DNA from: an uncultured Candidatus Saccharibacteria bacterium
GTDB taxonomy: Bacteria; Patescibacteriota; Doudnabacteria; UBA920
Direction of reading: 5' to 3'
DNA length: 64,000 nucleotides
Assembly (NCBI GenBank): GCA_964512925.1
Contig: CAZEKH010000002.1
Span: 122,505-186,504, forward strand
Under the pieces are notes generated by a model. It did no database searches, had not been told where the DNA came from, and saw nothing but the letters and a program-made list of their open reading frames with translations. The stretch's first letter is position 1. Each line of letters opens with the position of its first letter. The position numbers and the translations under genes are program-made. This document shows, one piece after another, positions 24,325 through 34,193 of this stretch.

Positions 24325-25713
24325 TTAATAAGCTTCAACCTCTACAATTCTGGCTGTGCCTCCGACGCCGCTTGTTACATTTATTCTGATTTTTGAAGTT
24401 GTAACAAAAGGAAAAGTTATTTGCTTCCAAATTTTGTTATTACCTATTATATTTCCACCAGTAACCAGCTGCCAAGCGCTTCCATCCCAGTACTGGACCT
24501 GAAAATCAACAATGCCATAGGAGGAAAAAGTCATCGCCAAATCCGGATCAACCGGATTGGAAGCATAAGCATCCTGCAAAGTAATCACATCAATCTCATT
24601 GATATTTCTTAGGACCGGATTGGCGGCCGCGGTGTTATCCGTGAAATCAATTTGCAGCCAATCAGGCAAAACAAAGCTTGAATTCCAACCGTTGCCAGTA
24701 TCCCAATTTATACCTGTTCTATCACCGTTTATCGTTGCTGCCGGCGAAAATATACAGCAGGTATTGGAAGCCGACGCCCTGCCCCCGTTTGCCTGCAAGG
24801 CATAGTTTATGCGCGCTGAAGTTTCTCCTTCTTCCGGGATAACAACTCGAATTTTTCTCGTTACTTGGCTATTTCTGGCAGAAACATTTACCGCCGTCTC
24901 TCCTACCAAAGGGATACCTTTTGGACTTAAACCGGCAGTATCAGTAAAAGCTTCCAGCTGCACATATAAGGGATTTGTGCCGTTATAGTTATAAACTATA
25001 ATCTCCTGTTGCTTGGTAGGATCAAGAGTAAATTCACCATATAGTCCGGGGTCTAACGGGCTATTAACATAATACTTACCGTCGTTTCCATCCGGAGACC
25101 AATACTCAGTCGAAGAAACATCGCTACAGGCTGGAGTTAAATATGAAAGATTTGGATCGAACTCACAAACATAAACTGCCATTTTATCATTGTTGCCGCT
25201 GGGCAGATAAGTAAACTTTATTTTGCCGAAACCGCTTCCGGCAACGCTGCAAATCGGATCCGCGGATAAAGGATCTAAGGGGTCTGTAATAGGGCTCGGG
25301 CAAAGCAAATTAAAAAGCGGATAGCGGTTGGAGCTGGCGGCAAAGGAATTGGAACTTGCAGCAACTTTCACCTGATACACCTGCGGGGTTTCCTGGCTTT
25401 CTGTGCTGGATAAGTTAACAGCGCCCAGCAAATTGGTATAACTAAACGTACAACTGGAGCAAGTAGAGACTTTTCTTTTAATTTTAAACAAAGCTTCTTC
25501 AGTTACAGCATCCGCGCCGACAATAGCAGCTTCTGTTCTAAGTCCATCGCCCGAAACTTTTATTTCACCCAATAGAATCGCTGCAATGCTAAAACTGATG
25601 GCTAAAATAGCCGACAATATGATTATAGAAAGCAGTAAAGTCACTCCCTCTTGGGAAGACAAGGTAGATTTTTTATATTTGCTAAAAATCCAAGGTCTAT
25701 TGGGGTATATCAT
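24325..25713 (-). CDS. Large pilin-like protein with a C-terminal discoidin (F5/8 type C)-like lectin domain; candidate pilus tip adhesin
   Basis: Pilin-like hydrophobic N-terminus (EGVTLLLSIIILSAILAISF). A C-terminal ~130 aa with W/Y/G spacing (VDFQVQYWDGSAWQLV...IRINV) looks like a galactose-binding fold. Last gene of the minor-pilin block. Confidence 0.55.
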   Translation of the reverse strand: MIYPNRPWIFSKYKKSTLSSQEGVTLLLSIIILSAILAISFSIAAILLGEIKVSGDGLRTEAAIVGADAVTEEALFKIKRKVSTCSSCTFSYTNLLGAVNLSSTESQETPQVYQVKVAASSNSFAASSNRYPLFNLLCPSPITDPLDPLSADPICSVAGSGFGKIKFTYLPSGNNDKMAVYVCEFDPNLSYLTPACSDVSSTEYWSPDGNDGKYYVNSPLDPGLYGEFTLDPTKQQEIIVYNYNGTNPLYVQLEAFTDTAGLSPKGIPLVGETAVNVSARNSQVTRKIRVVIPEEGETSARINYALQANGGRASASNTCCIFSPAATINGDRTGINWDTGNGWNSSFVLPDWLQIDFTDNTAAANPVLRNINEIDVITLQDAYASNPVDPDLAMTFSSYGIVDFQVQYWDGSAWQLVTGGNIIGNNKIWKQITFPFVTTSKIRINVTSGVGGTARIVEVEAY

Positions 25714-26401
25714 ATTTATTTATACTGACTGAAGTCTGATAATAAATCTCTTTTGTTTCGCCTGTTGGCAAATTGACTGAAAAACGCATCAATATCTGGA
25801 CAAAGGGCTGTATTTTAGGGTAGTCGGAAGAATAACTGGAACAACCCGGAGGCTTTATTATATAAGGGTCACAAGTAGGCTTAACCGTGAAAGCAAGCTG
25901 GGTAATTTTAAAATTTGAAGGGTTTAAAATTTGGGGAGTATTACCTTCTTTTAAAACCACTAAAGTTCCGTTGGTATGAGTAAACCCGCTGCCCACATAA
26001 TTGCCATTTTGATCTCCGAAATATATGCATTGATGAAAGCCTTCATTGTCAATGATGCTTAGTCTGTTGTCTTTACCGTTCCCGCTGAGGCCATAATAGT
26101 TATCCCCCACATTGGCAATTTTGAGGCACGGACCAATATCTGAGCTTCTTGGCGCGTCGTGCGTACCATTCATCCCAAAATCAATCTCGCCATTTCGGAT
26201 ATTTTTTGCCAATGTTTCGGCAAAATTCCTCATTCCCTGAGAAGCTTGCCTTAAAGCTTCGCTTTTTCTGTTGATTTTTAAAACATAATTAAACAAGCTC
26301 ATCAACGAAGAAACCACAACAGCAAAAATGACCGTGGAAACTAAAATTTCCATTAAAGTAAATCCTGATCTATTTATTTTTTGCATTTTATACTGTTTCA
26401 T
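25697..26401 (-). CDS. Type IV minor pilin (prepilin-type N-terminus)
   Basis: GFTLMEILVSTVIF class III signal motif. Confidence 0.75.
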   Translation of the reverse strand: MKQYKMQKINRSGFTLMEILVSTVIFAVVVSSLMSLFNYVLKINRKSEALRQASQGMRNFAETLAKNIRNGEIDFGMNGTHDAPRSSDIGPCLKIANVGDNYYGLSGNGKDNRLSIIDNEGFHQCIYFGDQNGNYVGSGFTHTNGTLVVLKEGNTPQILNPSNFKITQLAFTVKPTCDPYIIKPPGCSSYSSDYPKIQPFVQILMRFSVNLPTGETKEIYYQTSVSINKYDIPQ

Positions 26402-26431
26402 ACTTCACGCTTCATTGTTCAATATTACCAA

Positions 26432-27157
26432 TCAGTAATTTTTCCAATTAGTTAAATACTCCTGGAGCTCCACGCGACAAGAAGCTTTGGGAATTTTCCC
26501 TACTGACTCGTCCCAATCATCGAGTTTTGGACATTTTTTAGTTTCTGACCACCAAACTCGGGAAACAATTTTAAGCCTTTGAAAATTTGTTCTATTATAC
26601 GGCTGGGTAGTAGAATCCTCTGTAATTGTAATTTTTCTGTAAAAACCCGAATTGCCATTTGAAACTCCATTTATTACATCTGACATACTGTAATACCCTG
26701 TAAAGCTTGGACTGTCAATATCGGAACGAAAATCCAGACCCCATTTACCCCCGGTTGTGTTGTCATCTTTATATTGCCAATATTTATTTAGATTGGGATC
26801 TAAGATAAGCCTGGTACTTTTATTGGCTCCCGCCTGCCTGATATCATAACCCGCATTACCTGACGGATTCAACCATTCTGGGTAGCATTTGCCATTGTTA
26901 GAACCCGACAAAAAATTATAGCAATTGGTTGCTATAGTGGATTTAAGCCAGTTAGTATCGCGCATATTTTTAAATGCTTCAATACCTTCCCTAGCCAAAG
27001 CAGTAGCAACAATTTGTTGGGTGATGTTACTGGAAGCTGATAAGGCATATATAGCTAAGCCGGTCGCAGCGGTAATACCCATTGTTAAAATAAACACCGC
27101 GGCCAAGGTTTCAATGATAGTTTGTCCAGCCTGATTTTTTTTAGAAAAATACTTCAT
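26432..27157 (-). CDS. Type IV minor pilin
   Basis: GQTIIETLAAVFIL prepilin-like N-terminus. Confidence 0.7.
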   Translation of the reverse strand: MKYFSKKNQAGQTIIETLAAVFILTMGITAATGLAIYALSASSNITQQIVATALAREGIEAFKNMRDTNWLKSTIATNCYNFLSGSNNGKCYPEWLNPSGNAGYDIRQAGANKSTRLILDPNLNKYWQYKDDNTTGGKWGLDFRSDIDSPSFTGYYSMSDVINGVSNGNSGFYRKITITEDSTTQPYNRTNFQRLKIVSRVWWSETKKCPKLDDWDESVGKIPKASCRVELQEYLTNWKNY

Positions 27158-27160
27158 ATT

Positions 27161-27883
27161 TTACTGAAAAGTAATTGCTCCCGACAAACCGTTAACTGTA
27201 ATAGTTTTATATAAGCTACCGGATTTGTTGGTCAGCCTGATAGTCATCACCGAATCCCCGCTGGCCGCAGTAGCTGAACCGCCGCCAGTATCATTACCTA
27301 CGTATTGAGTGATCTGAGCATAGTCATCGGTATTGTTTGCAAATCCATTGCTCACACAATTTTCGTTATATATTATTTTTCCATATGGGACCTTGAAGGC
27401 TAAAAGGGCGCAAGAAGAAGGAGTTTGCGAGGTAAATCCGGCCGGCCTTTGAATGCAGACACCAGAACTTAAGCAGGCGACGCTGCTATAAGCGCCAATC
27501 CTGACATCTTGTGGCAACTTTATGGTTTCTATGGTAATCAGCCTCACCGGCGGACTGGTAACATTATACACAGCCTGAACAACATATTCTGTTGGATTAT
27601 TTAGATCAAATTTTAACAAATAATATTCTGCCGGGGTATTGTATGCAACATTTCTTGAATACAAAGCGCTGCTTTGTATCTCCCTGATTTTACTTACCAT
27701 CTGACTTTGAGCCAATTTTAAATTTCTTTGCGCTCTTTGACCGGCAATGTTTGCTGTCACCAAACCCATCACAATACCCATTATGAGCAAAACCATTGTT
27801 AGCTCCATTAAAGAAAACCCAGGATTTTTTCCAAATCCTGCCAGAGCTCGCTTTAACAATGCTTTTTTATATAATATTAACAA
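27161..27883 (-). CDS. Type IV minor pilin
   Basis: GFSLMELTMVLLIMGIV prepilin motif. Confidence 0.75.
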   Translation of the reverse strand: MLILYKKALLKRALAGFGKNPGFSLMELTMVLLIMGIVMGLVTANIAGQRAQRNLKLAQSQMVSKIREIQSSALYSRNVAYNTPAEYYLLKFDLNNPTEYVVQAVYNVTSPPVRLITIETIKLPQDVRIGAYSSVACLSSGVCIQRPAGFTSQTPSSCALLAFKVPYGKIIYNENCVSNGFANNTDDYAQITQYVGNDTGGGSATAASGDSVMTIRLTNKSGSLYKTITVNGLSGAITFQ

Positions 27884-27973
27884 GCTAAATGACTTAAAAT
27901 TTTGATTTCAAAAAGTTTAAAAAGCTATTTTAAGTATAAAACAAAAAAAGTAAAAAAACAAACAAAAACTCTA

Positions 27974-28777
27974 CTAAAAACCCAAGAAATTTATGTACCA
28001 ATTAAATATTTGATCGCCGTAAAATAAGGAGATTAAAGCGCCCAGGCTTAAAAATACCCCGAAAGGCAATTTGCTCTGCAAAGTTTTTTTGCCAAAAAAT
28101 AAAAGGGGTAGGGAAACCAAAGTTCCCAAAAAAAACGACAAGAACCAGGCAACCCCGATTTTAGGCCAGGAGAGAGTCAATCCTAAAAAAAACGCGTACT
28201 TTACATCCCCAAAACCCATCCAACGTCCTTCCGAAAAATACCAAATAAAAAACAATGGTGCGGCAGCGGCAATTCCCGAAATCAGACCAAAAGCCAATTC
28301 CCCGGTTAAACTAAACCAATTGCCTGTAATAAAAACGTCTATTATCAAAAGCAAAAAGAGAATAAAAATTCCGGGGTACAATAAAACTTCATCTAAAATT
28401 AAAAAATGTTCAAAATCAATAATAGCGACAACTAAAAATACGCATAGCAATACTAAATATTTCACTAAAATTAAATACTCATAAGCTGTTTGAGGTGGAA
28501 AAAAATAATATGTTAGGCAAAATAACACTCCAGTCAAAAATTCCACTGTCGGATAACGGGGAGAAATTTTCTTTTTGCAATTTGCGCATTGTCCAAAAAG
28601 AAAAATATAGCTAAAAAGAGGAACCAACTGCCAGCCTTTCAAAGTCTGTTTGCAGCTCGGGCAATGTGATCTGCCTCTCAAAGTCTCGTCTTGAGGCATA
28701 CGTAAAATAACAACGTTTAAAAAACTTCCGAACAATAATCCTAAAATAAAATAAACCGCGTACAATATTGGCTCCAT
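27974..28777 (-). CDS. pilD: Prepilin peptidase (A24 family, with N-terminal Zn-binding CxxC pairs)
   Basis: CPSCKQ...CANCKK motif and a polytopic membrane domain with the FGDVK aspartate motif. Confidence 0.85.
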   Translation of the reverse strand: MEPILYAVYFILGLLFGSFLNVVILRMPQDETLRGRSHCPSCKQTLKGWQLVPLFSYIFLFGQCANCKKKISPRYPTVEFLTGVLFCLTYYFFPPQTAYEYLILVKYLVLLCVFLVVAIIDFEHFLILDEVLLYPGIFILFLLLIIDVFITGNWFSLTGELAFGLISGIAAAAPLFFIWYFSEGRWMGFGDVKYAFFLGLTLSWPKIGVAWFLSFFLGTLVSLPLLFFGKKTLQSKLPFGVFLSLGALISLFYGDQIFNWYINFLGF

Positions 28778-28791
28778 ATATATTTACAATT

Positions 28792-30807
28792 TTATTCAAA
28801 AATCAAAGTTTCCAGCACAGTTGGTATATAAACCTGCTTAAAATCCTTGGCTTGTTTAGAGCTTTGAGCTATATGCTTGACCAGCTCCATACCCGGATAT
28901 TTTTGAAAAGCTTGATTTAAAATTATCTTCATCTGTTTCTCCATCCCTTCCAGCTGGTAAATCCTTGCCAAAAGAAGCATTGAAGTTATAGAGTATGAAC
29001 TCAGCCTAACTCCGACTTTGGCATATTCCCTTGCTTCTTTGAGCCTTCCGTCTTCAGCGATATAAAAAGCCTGGTGAGTCCACCTCAGGCCATAGAATTT
29101 GTCTTTTTCCAAAGCAGAATTCATTTCTTCAATGGATTTTTTTAAAAATTCTCGCTGGCCGGTCCTGTCATAAGCTAAAAAATTCAGCTTTGAAGCCAAA
29201 TAATCAGTTTTAGCATCCTGAGGGATCAGCCGTTTAAACTTCGAAATTTTTTGTTCCAATACCTTTTCGTCAACGCCATCTCTTAGCATATCTGAAGCGA
29301 TTTTATAACTTTGCGACGCCAAATTATTTGGCGCAAGCCTGCTGGACCATAAAAGCAGTTTTGAAGAAGCCTGAAATTTTTGTTGAAAAAATTTGGTCCG
29401 CCCTTGCATAAACAAATGATCAGCCAAAGTATATGAAATTCCAACCATTAACAAACAAGCAGCTAAAAACCCTAATAACATTCTAGTTACCGGATTAAGA
29501 CCAATATTTGTTGGGAGGCATCTTTTTGAAAACATCACTGCCAGATAAAAACCAAGCAGTAAAAAACAAGCCGAGGATACCGGATTAAAAGCAGCTGAAA
29601 TATACCAAGCTAAAACCCCCAAACCAATTGATAGTAAATAAAATTTTTCCTCAATTGCCAGATTATAATCCTCTTCAGACAGAATTTTTTGCCTTAAACT
29701 CCTGACAACTAAAAATAAACCGGAAAAGCCAAAGGCTAAAAACCAGATTAGAAATGGCAATCCTAAAGTAGCGCCCATATTTAAAAACAAATTATGAGCA
29801 TCGTCAAAAACTCCGTTTTGGTCCGATAAAGCCGCGCTTCTTTGATTTTCAAAAAATAACTGGAAATTTCCAGGACCAACTCCGGTTAGCGGATGCTGGG
29901 TTATAGCCGTAAGGGCGATGTCCCACACAAAAAATCTTAAATTTATATTGGTTTCTGACAAATTTAAGCTTGCTTGCAGGCTTTGCGGCCGTGAAATTGA
30001 GTTAGTCTGCCAAAGCAAAGCCAAACTAAAAAACCCAAGAAATAGCGCGGCTAATATCTTTCTTAAGTTAAAACGAAAAATTGCCAATGATACGGGCGTC
30101 ACGACCGCCAAAAAAACCAAAGCCAGCCAGCCTGCCCTACTGGACAACAGACAAATTCCTGCAACAATAAAAAAACTGCCAAAAATATAATATACCCTTG
30201 CCTTCAAAGATTTGGCAGAAAAAATCAACGGCAAAGACAAAGGCAAAACCGCTGATAAAAACATTGTGGAAAAATTCGGATTGCCTAACAAACTGGGCGC
30301 GCGGGCAAACACTGTTGTATCCCCAACCCCGTTATAAAAACCTACACCATAAGACTGGAGTACGGCAATCAGGCCGACAACAGTAGCATCAAAAAAAAGT
30401 ACTTTATAAAATACACTTAATTTTTTATAAATATTTTGCGTGGAAAAAAAAATAATTGTGAAAACAAATACAAACCAAAAAATAAAACTATTATCCAGCC
30501 TTGGGTAACTGCCTAACAAGCTGTTAATCAAATTTTGAGAGTAAATTAAACTTGGCAATAAAAGCAATGCCCCTAAAAGACAAAACCCAATAAATTTTTT
30601 ATTTGATTGCAAAACTTTAGCCTTTATACTGACCACAATCGGCGCTGACAAACTTACAAACCAAACTGCCAGTTTTACTGTTTCAAATTTTTCATAGGAA
30701 AGTACACTGAAAGCCAATGGGACTAAAAGTAGCAAAAAAAACAAGGCTGAAAAAGTCTGGTCCTCATAAAAAGGCAGTCTTGGAATTTTTATTTGTTTAA
30801 ACATCAA
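28792..30807 (-). CDS. Polytopic membrane protein with an O-antigen ligase (Wzy_C) domain and C-terminal TPR repeats; candidate pilin O-oligosaccharyltransferase
   Basis: Twelve or more TM segments, a central periplasmic loop, and a TPR-like C-terminus. Sits between pilD and the major pilin gene. Confidence 0.55.
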   Translation of the reverse strand: MMFKQIKIPRLPFYEDQTFSALFFLLLLVPLAFSVLSYEKFETVKLAVWFVSLSAPIVVSIKAKVLQSNKKFIGFCLLGALLLLPSLIYSQNLINSLLGSYPRLDNSFIFWFVFVFTIIFFSTQNIYKKLSVFYKVLFFDATVVGLIAVLQSYGVGFYNGVGDTTVFARAPSLLGNPNFSTMFLSAVLPLSLPLIFSAKSLKARVYYIFGSFFIVAGICLLSSRAGWLALVFLAVVTPVSLAIFRFNLRKILAALFLGFFSLALLWQTNSISRPQSLQASLNLSETNINLRFFVWDIALTAITQHPLTGVGPGNFQLFFENQRSAALSDQNGVFDDAHNLFLNMGATLGLPFLIWFLAFGFSGLFLVVRSLRQKILSEEDYNLAIEEKFYLLSIGLGVLAWYISAAFNPVSSACFLLLGFYLAVMFSKRCLPTNIGLNPVTRMLLGFLAACLLMVGISYTLADHLFMQGRTKFFQQKFQASSKLLLWSSRLAPNNLASQSYKIASDMLRDGVDEKVLEQKISKFKRLIPQDAKTDYLASKLNFLAYDRTGQREFLKKSIEEMNSALEKDKFYGLRWTHQAFYIAEDGRLKEAREYAKVGVRLSSYSITSMLLLARIYQLEGMEKQMKIILNQAFQKYPGMELVKHIAQSSKQAKDFKQVYIPTVLETLIFE

Positions 30808-31196
30808 TACTTTATTGTGATTGTATTCTGACCTTTGGATGCAACATTAAAATCATCTGGCAGGCAAAAATTTATTGTAGCCATTTTTTTGTCTGCCCTG
30901 GTGTAATTTAAAGGCTCAGGACACTCTTTAATTTTAAAAGTATTCGGCTTGCCGGACAAATATTGGGAAATAACTTTTTCGTTGCCAAACTCATTAGCCG
31001 TGGGCAGGCGGTCGTTATCTTTATAAAAAAAATCCAGCGCCATTTTCATTTCCTGCGCCGCCATAAAAACCGCCTCGCTTTCTGCCTCTCTTCTTCCCGA
31101 GCTTGCCCCTAAAAAAATACTTATAAATAAAAAAGCAGCCACTCCGATGACTGTTATAAAAATTTTTATCTGATTGTTTGTCATTTGAAAATCCAT
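30804..31196 (-). CDS. Divergent pilin paralogue lacking the prepilin cleavage motif
   Basis: GRREAESEAVFMAAQEMKMALDFFYKDNDRLPT aligns with PilA SARAKSRDAKRLADVRQLASAMELIFNDAGAYPT. The N-terminus has a TM helix but no G-1/F+1/E+5. Confidence 0.5.
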   Translation of the reverse strand: MDFQMTNNQIKIFITVIGVAAFLFISIFLGASSGRREAESEAVFMAAQEMKMALDFFYKDNDRLPTANEFGNEKVISQYLSGKPNTFKIKECPEPLNYTRADKKMATINFCLPDDFNVASKGQNTITIKY

Positions 31197-31225
31197 CTCA
31201 AGGCGGCTTTTAAAGCCGCCTTGAG
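31197..31225 (-). terminator. Terminator after the major pilin gene
   Basis: ctcaaggcggcttt/taaagccgccttgag perfect hairpin. Confidence 0.7.
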
Positions 31226-31232
31226 AAGAAAC

Positions 31233-31799
31233 TTACTGAATACCAGCAGGGGTTAAAGTGTGCACACCAGCAGCATATCCGCCAGTTGCGTCACCCAAAC
31301 AGAAAGTAATTGTATAGTTAGCGCCTACATCAGGAGCTGCGTACTGATAGCTGTTTGTAGTTGATGTACAAGCAGCGCCAGAACGGTTGTCAGGAGGAGT
31401 CGGAGCTGAAGGAATTAACCCGATATAAGTCGGGGTTAAAGTATAACCGGTTGCTCCGGTTGTAGCTGTTATAGACCTAAGTATACCACCAGCTGCGCTA
31501 CCCATAACATAAGCATCTCCAGTTGTGTCGCAAGCTCCGCTTGTACCACAAGTCGGATAAGCGCCGGCATCGTTGAAGATAAGTTCCATAGCTGAAGCCA
31601 GCTGTCTTACGTCAGCAAGCCTCTTGGCGTCCCTGGACTTGGCTCGAGCCGAGTTTAGGGCAAGTAAAACCACAGATGCCAAAAGACCAATAATGGCAAT
31701 AACCACTAAAAGTTCAATTAAAGTAAAACCTTTTATGTTTTTGTTTCTCAATTTTTTCACCCCCGTTCTTAAAATGTTTGAAAATATTGCTACTTTCAA
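31233..31799 (-). CDS. pilA: Type IVa major pilin
   Basis: KGFTLIELLVVIAIIGLLA canonical class III signal. The leader length is uncertain, since the first in-frame ATG gives 24 aa. Confidence 0.85.
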   Translation of the reverse strand: MKVAIFSNILRTGVKKLRNKNIKGFTLIELLVVIAIIGLLASVVLLALNSARAKSRDAKRLADVRQLASAMELIFNDAGAYPTCGTSGACDTTGDAYVMGSAAGGILRSITATTGATGYTLTPTYIGLIPSAPTPPDNRSGAACTSTTNSYQYAAPDVGANYTITFCLGDATGGYAAGVHTLTPAGIQ

Positions 31800-31868
31800 T
31801 CAATTAAATTTATTATAAAACATCCGTAAAATAACCGCAAGTTAAGTTATACACATTATTCATTTTAA

Positions 31869-33074
31869 CTAACCAGCTGTGCTGGCTAAGTTATAAATTG
31901 GTAGCAGTACCCCTGCCACCAAAGCTCCCACTCCCAAACCTAAAATAATCATTATCAAAGGTTCCAATAGGGTGGTTAAAGTGGCAATCTTTGCATCTAC
32001 TTCTTTTTCATAAAAAGACGCGAGTTTATCCATAATATCGTCCAATTGAGCAGTCTGCTCGCCTACCCGCACCATTTGTGTGACAATATTAGGAAACTCC
32101 CTATGCCCGGACAATCCCTCGCTGATGCTTTTTCCAGCCGTAATCTTACTGACCGTATCGTTTAAAATTTCCCGATATATCACATTGTTGATAACATCTC
32201 CGACTATCTGCAAAGCTTTGATAATCGGGATGCCGCCGATAACTAAAGTGGATAAATTTCGGGAAAATCTGGCTAAATATATTTTTTCAAAAACATCTCC
32301 CAGTATAGGTAAATGAATTTTCATTTTATCCCAGTGGTACCTGCCAAATTCGGTAGACACAAAAAACTTTACTCCCATAGCGATGGCTATGAAAGCTAAA
32401 ATCACCATCCACCAAAACTTGTCAAAAAAATGCGTAAAAGAAATAAGTACTTTGGAGACCGTAGGAAGCTCCCCACCCTGCTCTTCTAAAACCGCGGTTA
32501 ATTTTGGCAAAACAAACTTAAACATCAAAACTCCGACAATGCCCAAAGCGCCCAAAACAAAAAGCGGATAAGTCAAGGCGCTTTTTACCTTTCCCCTTAA
32601 CTCATAGTCCTTTTCCAGCTGGGCTGCCAGATAATTCAGTGATTTATCCAAATTTCCCGATACTTCTCCTGAACGAACCAAGCTGGTATAAACATTGGTA
32701 AAAACCTTATCGTGCTTGGTCATTGCCAAGGATAAACTTTCACCATTTTCCACCGAAGAAATCAAATCTCTGGTAATAGTTAAAAGATACCGATTGCTAA
32801 TTTGTTCTTCTAAAATCCGCAAAGCCTGAATCAACGGCACACGGGCAGAAATCAAGGTTGCCAATTGTCTGGAAAATAAAACCACGTCCTTATTGCTGAC
32901 TGACTTGCCAAATGGATTTAGTTTTTGAAAGACATCTTCCTCTTTCTTGGCTAAAGAAAGAATCGTCAGCATATTTTCCGCCAAAAGCTGTTCAGCCCTG
33001 GCCTGGTCGGTTGCTACAACTATGCCTGACTTAATTTTTCCATCTTGAGTTTTTGCTTTATAAAGAAATTTCAT
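31869..33074 (-). CDS. pilC: Type IV pilus inner-membrane platform protein (GspF family)
   Basis: Two GspF repeats and three TM helices. 401 aa. Confidence 0.9.
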   Translation of the reverse strand: MKFLYKAKTQDGKIKSGIVVATDQARAEQLLAENMLTILSLAKKEEDVFQKLNPFGKSVSNKDVVLFSRQLATLISARVPLIQALRILEEQISNRYLLTITRDLISSVENGESLSLAMTKHDKVFTNVYTSLVRSGEVSGNLDKSLNYLAAQLEKDYELRGKVKSALTYPLFVLGALGIVGVLMFKFVLPKLTAVLEEQGGELPTVSKVLISFTHFFDKFWWMVILAFIAIAMGVKFFVSTEFGRYHWDKMKIHLPILGDVFEKIYLARFSRNLSTLVIGGIPIIKALQIVGDVINNVIYREILNDTVSKITAGKSISEGLSGHREFPNIVTQMVRVGEQTAQLDDIMDKLASFYEKEVDAKIATLTTLLEPLIMIILGLGVGALVAGVLLPIYNLASTAG

Positions 33075-33104
33075 AAACTTTACTGATTACTGATTTACTG
33101 ACAA

Positions 33105-34175
33105 CTAACTTACTAAAGATAGAAAATAATCATTGTCCAAAACGTGATTTTGAGCGACTTCAAAATCCACCTGACCCTGCTTGACCAGACCAGCCAAAGT
33201 TTTATCCAAAGGCACCATACCTTCTTCCAAAGAAGTATGTATGATATTGGCAATTTCATAAATTTTATTGTCTCTGATCACATTTCTAACCGCGTGATTG
33301 GCAACCATTATTTCATATGCCGGAACCCGCCCGCCGCCGATTTTAGGTAGAAGCCTTAAAGAAATAACTCCAGTTAACACAGAAGCCAGCTGTCCGCGCA
33401 CCTGCTGCTGCTGGCCCGATGGAAACACGTCAACAATACGGTCAATGCTTTGAGCCGCGTCATTGGTATGCAAAGTGGCAAAAACCAAGTGTCCGGTTTC
33501 AGCTATGGTCAAAGCTGCGGACACAGATTCAAAGTCGCGCATCTCGCCAAGCAAAACCACGTTAATATCTTCACGAAGCGCGGCTTTTAAAGCTCCCTCA
33601 AAAGTCGGCGTATCCAGGTATAATTCGCGCTGTGAAATAATTGAGCGATTCGGAGTAAACATATATTCCACCGGATCTTCAATAGTCAAAATATGCTCCG
33701 CGCGAGTATTGTTTATTTCATTGATCATCGCAGCTAAAGCGGTTGATTTACCGTGCCCCGTCGGTCCGACTACCAAAACCAACCCCTGTCGCCTCTCAAT
33801 AAATTTTCGGAAAATCGGGGGCAGGTTCAATTCTTCGATGGTTTTAATATGATTCGGGATGGTTCTTAGCGCCACGCCCAGCACGCCCTTTTGGCGGTAA
33901 GCATTTACGCGAAAACGGATGTTGTCCTTAAAAGCGTAGGAAAAATCAATATGCATCTGCTTTTCAAACAAGCCTTTTTGCACATCGGTCAAAAGAATGT
34001 TTAGCAAATCCAAAATCGTATCATTGCTCAATACCTGATAACTATCCAAACGAATCAATGCCGTATCCACGCGAATAATAGGCGGCTCTCCGACCATTAA
34101 ATGTAAATCCGAAGCATCTCTTTCTAAAACCAATGACAACAATTTATTGAGTTCTAACTCGCTGGCTTTATACAT
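33105..34175 (-). CDS. pilT: Twitching-motility retraction ATPase
   Basis: Walker A GPTGHGKST. About 356 aa, which is PilT size rather than PilB size. Confidence 0.85.
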   Translation of the reverse strand: MYKASELELNKLLSLVLERDASDLHLMVGEPPIIRVDTALIRLDSYQVLSNDTILDLLNILLTDVQKGLFEKQMHIDFSYAFKDNIRFRVNAYRQKGVLGVALRTIPNHIKTIEELNLPPIFRKFIERRQGLVLVVGPTGHGKSTALAAMINEINNTRAEHILTIEDPVEYMFTPNRSIISQRELYLDTPTFEGALKAALREDINVVLLGEMRDFESVSAALTIAETGHLVFATLHTNDAAQSIDRIVDVFPSGQQQQVRGQLASVLTGVISLRLLPKIGGGRVPAYEIMVANHAVRNVIRDNKIYEIANIIHTSLEEGMVPLDKTLAGLVKQGQVDFEVAQNHVLDNDYFLSLVS

Positions 34176-34193
34176 AGTATAAAAATTTTAAAA

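Noticed and set aside
28611-28799. 62-aa ORF overlapping the pilD start
   Set aside because: Different frame of the same DNA as pilD and the upstream gene. Spurious.
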